A stretch of DNA of 63,393 nucleotides, counting the filler, from Pseudovirgaria hyperparasitica (lineage: Eukaryota), in assembly GCA_010093815.1 (NCBI GenBank). It is 4 parts of 4 records of this genome, joined end to end, with 100 filler letters (N's around TTAATTAATTAA, not from the genome) between each part and the next. Parts side by side here need not be neighbours in the genome. Positions count along the whole stretch, not along the records: positions 17,995 to 48,144 come from ML996601.1; positions 48,245 to 59,676 come from ML996602.1; 2 more parts are not named here. The stretch is one strand, 5' to 3'. Each line of letters opens with the position of its first letter. Within the stretch, counting starts at the first letter, position 1. A program made the translations under genes and the position numbers. The notes beneath the pieces were generated by a model. That model did no database searches and was not told the origin of the DNA. It saw nothing but the letters and a program-made list of their open reading frames with translations. Positions 38,101 to 49,765 of the stretch are shown here, piece by piece.

Positions 38101-40824
38101 CTTTCTATAGTTATACCTTAATTAGTAATAACGAAGCTAAGAAAGTTAACGTAGTCCTAGTAGAACTCGCATTTAGATAGCTTAATATATAGCTTATGTT
38201 TTTCTAGCCTATCTAGGACTACGTGTACGTGCTAGATGTGTTCTTCTTCGTTATTAGAGAAGATAAGGATGTTATCGAGGTATACGATGCACGTCGTGTC
38301 GAGTAGGCCTACTAGCGCGTTATTAATGTACGCTTAGAAGGTTCCTAGCGCGTTAGTTAGTCTAAAAGGGACTACTATATACTTAAAGTATCTATAACGG
38401 GTCCTAAACGCCGTTTTCTACTCATCGCCCTTCTTAATATATAGGCGGTAGTAGACGTCGCGTAGATTGAGCTTGGTAAAGATCTTCGCGCGCCCTAGTC
38501 TATTAATAGACTCGGAGATAAGAGGTAGTAGGTAACGATTCTTTCGCGTAATGTTATTTAGGCTACGGTAGTCGATATATAGACGGAGACTCCTATCCTT
38601 CTTCTTTATAAAGAGGATTGGAGCTCCGGCTAGGGATATACTAGGCCTAATCTATCCTCGCGTAAGGTTCTTTTCAATGTATTCTTAGAGGACCTATAGC
38701 TCGGGTTCTAATAGAGGGTAGATAGGTCCGTATGGGGGTTATTAACCGTCTTCAAGGTTAATAGTAAGGTCGGTAGGTTGGTATTAAGGTAATTCGGACG
38801 AGTCGATCGCTAACGCGATATATTAGTATATTTTATACTAATATAGTAGGTTTTCGTCTACTTTGATACTAAGCTCTCTATTTTAAGTAAGTAAGAGGAC
38901 GTAGATGGCGGAGATTACCTTTTCGTAGTCCTTCTGGAATTATTCATCGTCGACTAGCTGTACTAGGTTCTATTATGGTGGGTACATGCGCTAGCCAGCT
39001 GTTTTCTAGATGAAGTCCAGTTTCGGGTTATATTTTTCAAGCTACGGTATACTAAGGATCATGTCGAAGGGACTATCTACTACAATGAAGGTTAAGTAGT
39101 AGGGTTTCTACTTCCCCCTACTATCCTAGATGCCGTATTTAATGGTGTAGGTACCCTACGATTTAATAGGACCGTCGATGCCATGGAAGGTAGCACCTAT
39201 TAGTACTTAAATATCGACGTTAAGTTCTCGTGCTCGTTAAGTCGATATAACGTTAGTAGCTGAACCGCTATTAAGTATTGCGGTCTAATGTTATCTATAA
39301 GGGACCTTAATAGGCCTAGCCTATAGTTCGATATACTAGTTAGCTAGTTATCCCTCTATTTCGGTTACGTCTATAAGTCGCGAGGGTTCCTCGTAGGTAG
39401 TTAGTTTTTTATATCGTATACCGGGTAGTTAGGCGCGATGTGTCCTAGCTACTAGCACTTATAGTATATAACTAACTTAGTATCTATGTTAGTATTCGGT
39501 AGTTTCCCTAAGCGGTACTCGGGTGCTATATGGTCTATCCTACCATAGGTATAGTAGGTGACTTTAGGTCGTTTATACGAGTCGTTTCTTACGTCTCGAT
39601 ATATCGACTAGTGGAAAGATCCGCGGTACGGGCCTCGTCTTCTCGAGTTCATAGAGTAGTAGCGCCCACGAGGTGTTCCGCGCGATCTATTACTAAACCG
39701 GTCCTCTTTAGACGATTTTACATTAGATTAGATTAATAGGGATAGTCGTGCGCCTATACGACGTTAGTTATTCATTATACGCTAATGTCGTTCTACGAGA
39801 TTCGCGAGTACCTAAAGGTCGGTAGAGATAGACGTTATAAGGTCGATGCGTTCCTTTACGCTCGGGTTAAGGGACCTTTTAAAGTCGTCGTATTATTAAA
39901 CCATACGATCTTCCTCGGCTTCTCTCTAAAGAGGTCGGAGGTATTCGAGGAGTTATAACGGGGATTATCTCTCTCGCTGTTAAGTCTTAAAGATATGGCT
40001 CTAAGCCTATTCGCGTCGCTCGGCTCTATCGCCGAAGTATTAAAGAAGGAATTCGGTGAACGTGTCCTAGTTATACGCATCCTTAGGGTGTTTAATTCGA
40101 TGTGCTATCCAACGTTCAGATGGCGTTAGGTCTAGGTAGTTCTATACGAACCTAATCTTATTACTATCATTCGTGAATAGGTGGAAGAATCGGCTATACT
40201 AGTAAGCCTATTCGTGAAAGCTCCTCCTGGTTTTACCGTCGAAGTAAGGTGGTTTCTTAGGCCAAGGTAACTAGGATAGTAATAGACTTGGTTGGACTGT
40301 TTCGGCTTAAGTTAATCCATATTAGTGTAGATTAGTTGCTACTAGCACTAAAGCGCGTAGTGCGGCTTCGAGTCTAGCGGTTCGTCCTCGCGCTTTATCG
40401 AGTTCGCGAAGTTACTACTCGAGCTAAGCCTAACGCTACCTCTCCGCGTGTAGCTTAGTATATACGTTATCGTGAGGCGTGGTTAACGTTAGTCTATTCT
40501 AACGAATTAATTTATTAACGTTAATAGGGTCTAGTCTTATAGTAAGGATAGGTCTAGTATAGTATAAACTAGACCGCGATAGAGTATGATGGACTCCTTC
40601 CTTATTATCTAGGTAATCTTCTACGGTTATACGGAATGCTATACTAGTTATTAGTGCGATAGTCTATAGGGTATACTTATTGGTGGAGGTGGTCGTAGGG
40701 AGACTATTCTCTTCGTTTAGATTTAGAGAGAGTCTCTCGTGTAAGGTAGTGCCACGGGTATTATAGCGCGTAGTAGGAGCTATCTCTATAAGCTACCGTC
40801 GTGCTATATAGAGAGGAATCAAAA

Positions 40825-41062
40825 TATAAAGAGTAAAGACATAGGATAGTAGTCTAATAGTTTATAGAGAGACATAGGAATGTATTTATAGAGTAATCTT
40901 ACTCTTATACGAGGTTAATTCCTAACGAGTAGGAATTGGTTTATACGGTCTACTTATATAGTAACCTCGCTTAACTTAGCTAACTTAACCTAGCTCTAGC
41001 CACTACGTGGCTACATGGATTAGAATAGTCCATATAGGTCCGTTATGGTTCCCGTCCTAATA
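40825..41062 (-). repeat. 5' LTR of the Gypsy element
   Basis: Direct repeat of 33019-33256, upstream of gag on the minus strand. Confidence 0.93.
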
Positions 41063-41663
41063 CTTCTATACTATATCTATAAGAGAGGCGTTCCCGATAC
41101 CTCCCTATAGTATAAGGCGTATAGCCGAAGAGGTATAATACGCTACTATCTAGCTATATACTCTAACCTCTATATATAATAGTAATAGCTTATCTACGTT
41201 ATAAAGACTTTAGATATTATATAATAGCTTAATAAGTACCCTAAGGACGTCTCCCGATAGATACTTATATATCTACTACTCCTCTAGTACTAGTAGACCC
41301 GGAAATATATACTGGAAGAGACCCGGTATACGCCGGTAGTAACCCGATATATACTAGAAGAACCCCGGGAGAACCCCGATTATTAGTTAAGGGTAGCCCT
41401 TAACTAATAACCTCCATATCTATACGTGCTACCTAAGGGTAAAATAATAGTAATATAGGCTATAGGCTAATAGGCGTACCCTATAGCTATATACTTAAGA
41501 CGAAATAGAGGTTTAACGAGATGTAGTTATAGATATAAGGAAGTTTTTCTCTATAGGGTTTCTTCTTATATAGTAGCTTAGACTAGAGAAGGCATAGGCC
41601 TATAGAGTACTACTCTACCTAGTTATATAATAATATTATTATTATTATAGTATAAAAGAGAGA

Positions 41664-44600
41664 ACTAGGCGATACTCCTTAAAGAAACTAGAGCTATAAT
41701 ACTTACTATCTAGAAGCTATATAAGTACTACTAAACTAATAAGCTAATAATATATCTAGAATACTATACTATCTACTCTACGAGCCCGGATAGAAGAGTA
41801 ATATTTTATATATATAAGTTAATTCTACTCTTGAAATAGTTCTATACTAAATATAATAATCTCTAGATAATATTATATCTCTAGATAAGTATAGAACCCC
41901 TTTATATCTATAATATATATAACTAATAATAATTACTTATATTAGATAATATACTTAAGAATACTATAATACTAGAATAATATATCCTTCTAGATAACTT
42001 TAATCTCTACTATAGATAGTAGAAAGGCCCTACTATTATTAGAGAGGAACTTAGAGTAAGGGAGCTATATATATATAATACTAGAACTTTCTATATCTTC
42101 TTATATCTATATAATAGATTACGTAGAGAAGATATAAATAGAATATAGATAGGTCTATTATTAACCTTATACTTACTACTAACTATATAAGCTATAGAGT
42201 ATAATACTACTACCTAAGCCTAATATAGATAGACTCTAACTATAAATATATAGAGACTATAATAGATATCTCTACTCTTAATAACTAATAAGGAAAGTAG
42301 ATATAAAGGGTACTAACTAGGATAACTATCTAGAGAATCTAGAATCGGTAATTCTAGATACCTCTATAGTTAATATATCTAATAGCCCTACTATTAATAA
42401 AGCCGTATAAACTCTCCTTTAAGTATACTAGAATATAAGAGATAAATATATACTATACTAACTATATAGATCTCTAGACGCGAGGGGTATACCTTAAGTA
42501 TAAGAATATAAAAGAGAGGCCCGTAGACTATATATATACGTATATATACTATATCTAGATAACTAAGGTATAGAATAAGTAGAAAGAGGTAGTATAATAT
42601 CGTAACTAAACCCTCCTTAATAAATAATATAAATAATAGTATATAATTACTAGTAAGTATATATAATAAACCATAGAGCTATAGTATATAGCTAAGTAGA
42701 CTAAGAGCGCTAATACCCCGGTACTACTACTAATACCTTCTCTAATATACTAAGGAAGAATATACTCTATAAGCTAGGAGAAGGTAGAGATTCTATAAGA
42801 TATTATATTCCCTCTTCTAGAACTAGTAGATCTATCTAATATTAAAGGCGCTAAGTATCTAGATATAATAGATATTTTCTAGGAGATTACTAAAGAGGAT
42901 ATACTTAATACCGTTAAAGCGCTCTCTAATAATAAGGTATCTAGGCCAGATAGAATACTAAATAGGTATCTTAAATATACTATACGGGTAACTATACCGC
43001 TTATTAGTCTTATCTTCTAGATATATACTAAGAATAGATACTACTTCTAAAGCTTCTAAGCTATCTATATAGTTATACTTCTAAAACTAGAGAAGGATTC
43101 TAGCTCCCTAAAAGACTAGAGACTAATTACCCTTCTCTTCTATCTTAGAAAGATACTAGAAGCTATAATTATAAAGAAGATAAATATTATAGTATAGATA
43201 TATAGTCTTCTTCTAGTAAACTAGAAGACGAAGACTAGAAGCTCCCTAATTACCACTATCTAATATATTCTTAAAGTTATCTAGACTATATAGAAATAGG
43301 GACGTATAGTAATACTACTCTCCCTTAATATAGCTAGTATATTTAATAAGATAAACTATACTAGACTTATCTATAATCTATAGAGGAGATATATACTAGA
43401 GTAGATTATATAGTTTATATAGTCCTTTCTTACTAAAAGGGTTACCTAGATATATATCCCTAGATATCATAGTAAATATAAAAAAACGTTATATAGTATC
43501 CCTTAAGGAAGTACTATCTCTCTAATTCTCTTTCTCTTCTTTACTATAGACCTTCTCTAGAGAATATAATATATAGAGACTATAGAGTACGTAGATAATA
43601 TATATCTTCTTACTATTAATAATAATACTAGCTAGATATATAGGCGTCTTAAATAGAACTATAAGAGATATATCTAATAGGTATAGCGCTATAGAGTAAA
43701 GTTCGTATCTAAAAAGTACTAGCTTATATACTTTATTAACTACTAAGGGAAATAGGCTACTAAGGAGGGTAAGTAATATTCTAGAATAGACGCCTTTAAT
43801 AAATCTCTAATACTAAATATACGTATACTTAGTATTATAATTAAGAATAAACTTAGATAGAGTCTATAGATAATATACGCCGTTTCTAGGGCCCTCTAGA
43901 TAGAAGCCGCTATATACTAGATTACGGTCTCTATATAGAGAACCACCTAGAATAAGGCGCGCTAGCTATATATCTCTATAGTATAACTAGTCTTTATATA
44001 TAGATACAAGTACTAGTATATAGCTCTTATATAGCCTAGGTAAATAAAACTTAAGTCTATATAGAACTATATACTCTACCTTATCTCTAGGGCATATAAA
44101 GCTACTAATATAATATTATTATAACGCGAAATAAATATAGCTAGTATATAGAACTTCTACTAAATATAGAGGGTAGTATACTTTACTAAATAATAAGTAT
44201 AGGAACGAGACGGGGATACTAAATATACCTTTACTATACTATACACGTGTATTTATATATACTACTAGGTACTCTAATATACCGGCCGGACTTAGATATA
44301 ATATATATACTTAATAGAAGTAGACTTAGAATAGATAGTATAAGAGATTAGAGATAACCTAGATACTATTCTAGGCTAGTAGAGCCCTTAGAAACTTAAA
44401 TAGAGTATATAGATATAGACCCGGGATAAGTAGAAAGAGGCGCTCTAAGTCTACTAGACCTTCTAGTAGAAGAGATACCTAGAGTAGATTAGAGGGCTAT
44501 AGAAGGAACTAAGTAAATAGATATATAAAGGGCTTATAAAAGCCTAAGTATCTATACTCCTCTAAGCCCGAACGAAGACTATAGAACTTCTATACTACCT

Positions 44601-45107
44601 CTATAAGAGAGGCGTCCCTAGTATATCTCTATAGTATAAAGTATATAGCTAGAGAGATATAGTACGCTACTATTTAGCTATATACCCCGACCTTTATATA
44701 TAGAGATAATAGCTTACCTATACGACTAGAACCTCTAATATTATATAATAGCTAAATAAGTACTCTAAGAAAGTCTTATAATAGATACTTATATGTCTAC
44801 TACTCCTCTAGTTCTAATAGATCTAGAAATATATACTAGAGGAGGCCTATTATATATTAGAAGACATCTAATATATACTAGAAGAACCCTAGAAGAACTC
44901 TAATTATTAGTTAAGGGTAGCCCTTAACTAATAACCTCCGTATCTATATCTATATATACTATCTAAGGGTAAAATAATAGTAATATAGGCTATAGACTAA
45001 TAGGTTTACCCTATAGCTATATACTTATAATAAAATAAAGGTTTAATAGAATATAATTATTAGAATAAGGAAGTTTTTCCCTAAGGGTTTCTTTCTATAT
45101 AGTAGTA
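41664..45107 (+). mobile_element. RIPped LINE L1, 3' part (ORF2 APE-RT and 3' UTR, tail missing)
   Basis: Resumes exactly after the TSD; colinear with ORF2 of L2/L3; hairpin at 44904-44934. Confidence 0.88.
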
Positions 45108-45228
45108 TATATATATATATATATATTAGAGGTTATTATACTTGGTATACTTAATCGTTTAATATACGTAAATCGCTATATTACTCTAGATTAACTAGTT
45201 TTAGTCTATAGGGGTGTAAGAAGATTTT
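45108..45228 (-). mobile_element. Short 5'-end fragment of the same LINE family
   Basis: Reverse complement of L2 5' end (23012-23115). Confidence 0.7.
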
Positions 45229-46385
45229 TAATAAGACTTATATAATAATTATTTATACTCTCTAGTATTATTAGAATAGAATCTCTTTACTTTATTATTA
45301 TTATTAGACTAGTTTTCTTATCTAGTAATATAATTCTTAGTAATTAAGAAGTTCTTATCTCTATTTTTTATAATATCTACTACTAGATATTTAGAATAGC
45401 TATCTAAATAAGTTATAAAGTATATATAATCCCTTATAGTAGATGGTAAAGGACTATAAATATTACTATATATAACCTCTAGATATTCCTTAGGTTTAGG
45501 AATATAATTAGACTTATATATTTTAGTATAACTAGCCTTTAGATATATTTTACACTCTTTATATAATAGATTATTATCTAGGAATTCTATAATCTTATCA
45601 TTTTTAAGTTGATTTAATGCCTTTTAATTTATATGGCCTAATCTATTATACTATAAATCTATAGTAGTATTAATAGAACTACTTTAAGTGTCTATAATAT
45701 TATTTTCTATAGAAGTATATAAAGAATTAGATTCTTTATATATAGGAGTTGTCTTAAGAATACTAATATTATTTATTATACTAGCCTTAGCTAATAGCTT
45801 CTTATTCTTTGAATAGATGTAGGCATAGTTATCTTTAAATAATATAGACTTTCTATCTCTAATTATCTTTTCTATAGATAATAGATTTACTCTAAAATTA
45901 GATATATAAAGATAGTTCTTAATTAATATCTCTATATTAGTAGATGTAATTAGAACTCTATAATTATCTATACTACTAGTATTTATAACTCTATTTAAAT
46001 CTCTCTATTTAATAGTATTATTATATTCTTTAATACTAATAAAAAGACTCTTATTAGAGTATATATTAATACTAGGCTCTAAATCTATAATCTAAGAGGT
46101 TTTATAGAAAGAGCTATTAATAGACTCTATTTTTAAATAGTAGAGTTATTAATTAAAGTAGTAAATACCTCTTCTTCTTATTTAGAAGACGTATTTATCT
46201 TCTTATTCTTCTCTTTCTCTTTCTTTAGTTTTTACTTTTCTTTCTCTTCTTTATTAGAAGGTTTTAAATAAGAATATTTTTTAAAATACTTATCTTCTAT
46301 ATAATTTAGTTATAAACTTAATCTCTACTATATCTAATAAGTTTATATAAGGTATTTCCTTATTAGGAATAGCTTAATATTAGTA
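45229..46385 (-). mobile_element. Heavily RIPped Ty1/Copia gag-protease-integrase relic
   Basis: Minus-strand DL*YNRLGHIN*KAL (GAG-pre-integrase WHxRLGH), LEVIYSNIYSP (HSDICGP), KRFYSNNTREY (SDNGxEY); integrase directly follows the protease region. Confidence 0.8.
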
Positions 46386-47225
46386 NNNNNNNNNNNNNNN
46401 NNNNNNNNNNNNNNNNNNNNNNNNNNNNNNNNNNNNNNNNNNNNNNNNNNNNNNNNNNNNNNNNNNNNNNNNNNNNNNNNNNNNNNNNNNNNNNNNNNNN
46501 NNNNNNNNNNNNNNNNNNNNNNNNNNNNNNNNNNNNNNNNNNNNNNNNNNNNNNNNNNNNNNNNNNNNNNNNNNNNNNNNNNNNNNNNNNNNNNNNNNNN
46601 NNNNNNNNNNNNNNNNNNNNNNNNNNNNNNNNNNNNNNNNNNNNNNNNNNNNNNNNNNNNNNNNNNNNNNNNNNNNNNNNNNNNNNNNNNNNNNNNNNNN
46701 NNNNNNNNNNNNNNNNNNNNNNNNNNNNNNNNNNNNNNNNNNNNNNNNNNNNNNNNNNNNNNNNNNNNNNNNNNNNNNNNNNNNNNNNNNNNNNNNNNNN
46801 NNNNNNNNNNNNNNNNNNNNNNNNNNNNNNNNNNNNNNNNNNNNNNNNNNNNNNNNNNNNNNNNNNNNNNNNNNNNNNNNNNNNNNNNNNNNNNNNNNNN
46901 NNNNNNNNNNNNNNNNNNNNNNNNNNNNNNNNNNNNNNNNNNNNNNNNNNNNNNNNNNNNNNNNNNNNNNNNNNNNNNNNNNNNNNNNNNNNNNNNNNNN
47001 NNNNNNNNNNNNNNNNNNNNNNNNNNNNNNNNNNNNNNNNNNNNNNNNNNNNNNNNNNNNNNNNNNNNNNNNNNNNNNNNNNNNNNNNNNNNNNNNNNNN
47101 NNNNNNNNNNNNNNNNNNNNNNNNNNNNNNNNNNNNNNNNNNNNNNNNNNNNNNNNNNNNNNNNNNNNNNNNNNNNNNNNNNNNNNNNNNNNNNNNNNNN
47201 NNNNNNNNNNNNNNNNNNNNNNNNN

Positions 47226-48144
47226 GCTAGATCCTATTATATAACTCTATTTAGATATATATTCCTTATATAAGGAATATTATATATCTATTTATACCTG
47301 CCCTTTTTATAGGTTATGAGCCCGGAGGCTTATAGCTTATATTTAACCGTTTATTACGAATTATACAGCTTATCTCTATTAAGTTATCTTAATAGAAAGA
47401 GATCTACTAGCGTATAGTCCCTACTAGCTAGGCCTCTAGTAATAGAGATTATCTAGTATCTAAGGTATAACTTCTATTCTACTATATACTCTAGACCTTT
47501 ATATATATATATATTTATCTCTATCTATATATATTTATATAAAGGGAACCTTTTAATTATTATATTAAAGGGGACTCTATTATTTATTATAGGGATATAT
47601 TCTATCTCTATAATATTTGAATAGCATACTTAGAGTTTCTAGGCCCTGGAACCCTTAGAAAATTATCTAGTATACTTATAGCTAGCGAGAATATCTATTT
47701 TATAGAGTTTATTATAATAGATATAATATATAAAAAATAGTTTATACTATTACTTTATATATTCTATTATATAAGACTTCTATAGTAAAGGAAAATATAA
47801 GTTTTATATATATAATAACCTTATAATCTATTATATATAATATAAAAGTTATATAGAATAAGAGTCTAGCTCTACTCTATTCTATTCTATAGAAGTACGT
47901 TCTCTAGTATTCTATAGAAGAGTTCTAGTTCTACTCTACTCTAGAGCTATTCTAGCTCTACTCTACTCTAGAGACTAGACTAGACTCTATAACTTCCTTA
48001 GAGACTATAGACTAGGAGACTTATATTAATATAAGCTAGTACTAGCTTATATTTGTAAACTTAACCTCTACTATATCTAATAAGTTTATATAAGGTACTT
48101 CCTTATTAGAAATAGCTTAATATTAGTAATTGATATTACTAATA
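47226..48144. mobile_element. Unclassified RIPped repeat DNA ending in a second copy of the Copia fragment (48056-48128 = 46313-46385)
   Basis: TpA-rich; short CTAGCTCTACTCTA repeats at 47866-47990; direct match to 46313-46385. Confidence 0.55.
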
Positions 48145-48244
48145 NNNNNNNNNNNNNNNNNNNNNNNNNNNNNNNNNNNNNNNNNNNNTTAATTAATTAA
48201 NNNNNNNNNNNNNNNNNNNNNNNNNNNNNNNNNNNNNNNNNNNN
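48145..48244. other. Artificial scaffold linker
   Basis: 44N-TTAATTAATTAA-44N. Confidence 0.97.
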
Positions 48245-48742
48245 CTTCTTACGGGTGTTCTCGTCTTTACTAACGCAGTGTCTAAACACCGTCACGATAA
48301 TCTTAGTAGCCTCCTCGGTAGGCTTCGCTTTCTGAACGGCAGTAATAAATTTATTCCATTGCTTTGCGCTCAACATGTCCGACCGAAGGCTCTTCACAAA
48401 CGCCACAATGTCTGCATCACCCATTTCCTGAATTTCGTCGTTGTCAAGCACAAGCCATGGCAGGTAGAGACTATTGCTACTTGGCACCAGGTGTGACCCA
48501 AAGTGTCGTAGATAGCGATTCTCCTTCCGAAACTGCTTAGAACACTGCGACCAGCCAGTACTTGTCTCTACAGGTATTTCGCACACGTAGCTAGTAGTCG
48601 GTCTCTGCCGTCGATGGTGTGTCTGTACTGCGACTGAATGAGACGCTGGCGGGTAATTGGCCAAGGGCATATTCCAATCCACATTGAATTGAACGCTTGT
48701 CGCTGGATTGCCGCTAATTTGACTTGTCCAATCGCTGCCCTA
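48245..48742 (-). CDS. Divergent C2H2-like protein, paralog of 6440-6952, cut by scaffold end
   Basis: YVCEIP...QCSKQFRKENRYLRHFGSH; frame open into the linker. Confidence 0.55.
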
Positions 48743-49082
48743 GTATGCGTAGACCCAGAAGCACGCTTCCGAAGGAACACCCAATCCGTAGCGTGCTGGA
48801 ATGGACGGAGAATAGGTGTATCCGGAAAAGAACAAGCCATAAGATGCCCCTATCAGAAGCTTTCAAAGCAATGGACTCTCGGAGATCCTGCTGCTCATAC
48901 ATTTGTTTCCCAAATTCATGGTGATGCGGACCTCGAATGGTATATCATGTACGTCACGCGGACTACTCGCGTACTGTTCGTGGAATGATCTGTATTGTAC
49001 ATAGCCTATCATCCCTCTGTCGCAATCACATCATCGGCTACCCTATCTCTTCTCAGTACATTCTCCCAGATGATCAGCGGCT

Positions 49083-49271
49083 TCATCTTGATAGCATCTT
49101 CAGATCTGTCAGCCAAGAGACACCGTCCTCGGAGTCACATATATAAATCCTTTGACCGCGCCTTATGACAATGAAGATATCTGCGCCATAGCTCTTCTTG
49201 AAAAGCACGCCTTTCCGAAGAAAATTGTCTTTAGCCTTGCGGAACTTTTTATTGACCAATTTTTGGCCCAT
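49083..49271 (-). CDS. Small MADS-box (SRF-TF)-like protein
   Basis: KKFRKAKDNFLRKGVLFKKSYGADIFIVIRRGQRIYICDS parallels the MADS consensus F.KRK.GL.KKA.EL..L....V.LII......Y.YSS. Confidence 0.6.
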   Translation of the reverse strand: MGQKLVNKKFRKAKDNFLRKGVLFKKSYGADIFIVIRRGQRIYICDSEDGVSWLTDLKMLSR

Positions 49272-49382
49272 GCTTACGAGTCAGGTAGGGCTATTTCGCA
49301 TAAAGTACCAAGTTGCGAAGTATACCCCAGGTAAAGAGCTCATACCAAGTGACTTACGGTAATGCATGCTCAGTCACTAAGG

Positions 49383-49474
49383 CTTTACTGAGCCGCAGAC
49401 TTTACTGAGCCGTCACACTTTACTGAGCCACTACAATATTCAGCGCTAATATCGTTACGATTGAAACTGAGCCG
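49383..49474. promoter_or_regulatory. Cluster of CTTTACTGAGCC repeats upstream of the MADS-like ORF
   Basis: Three copies at 17-18 nt spacing plus ACTGAGCCG at 49466. Confidence 0.45.
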
Positions 49475-49765
49475 TGAGAGATTCTGTCCTGGTGACTAGT
49501 CGCTAGCTGATCATGAAACCACATCAGCTTCCACCTGCTCTTTCCAGCGAAGAATTTCAGAAGTTCCCACGTTGAAAGGACGCAGGCCCAACGCTGTGTG
49601 CCATTCACCTGTTATAGAGATAGTCATGCCAAGGAGGGAAGAGCTTCATTAATTTCCTATGAAGGTTCTTATCAGAAACTGTGTTACAGCAAGTCAAGAC
49701 ACATCATTTCTATTCCACGTGACTCTCAATAATGTCTGGGGGAATCAGGGCCCAATGATGCAAAG

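Larger units (their letters stand above)
33019..41062 (-). mobile_element. RIPped Gypsy/Ty3 chromovirus LTR retrotransposon, 8.0 kb
   Basis: Two 238-bp LTRs; TSD CTCCT/CTTCT; gag zinc knuckle ~39420-39470; AAAAAAC slippery site 39404-39410; RT YLDN ~38280; RNase H RVETDA; integrase; chromodomain ~35760-35880; PPT 33257-33273. Confidence 0.95.
23008..41645 (+). mobile_element. RIPped full-length Tad1-like LINE L2 (~5.3 kb in three pieces: 23008-26480, 31788-33018, 41068-41645)
   Basis: TSD TATAGTATAAAAGAGAGA at 22990-23007 and 41646-41663; ORF1 ATG 23280; APE motif LLGDFNL, RT motifs LDIAGAFN and YADN; (ATT)n 3' tail. Confidence 0.9.

Noticed and set aside
23801..40080. Hydrophobic Ile/Tyr/Leu-rich ORFs in scaffold B that look like membrane proteins
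   Set aside because: Antisense or off-frame products of RIP-mutated transposon sequence.
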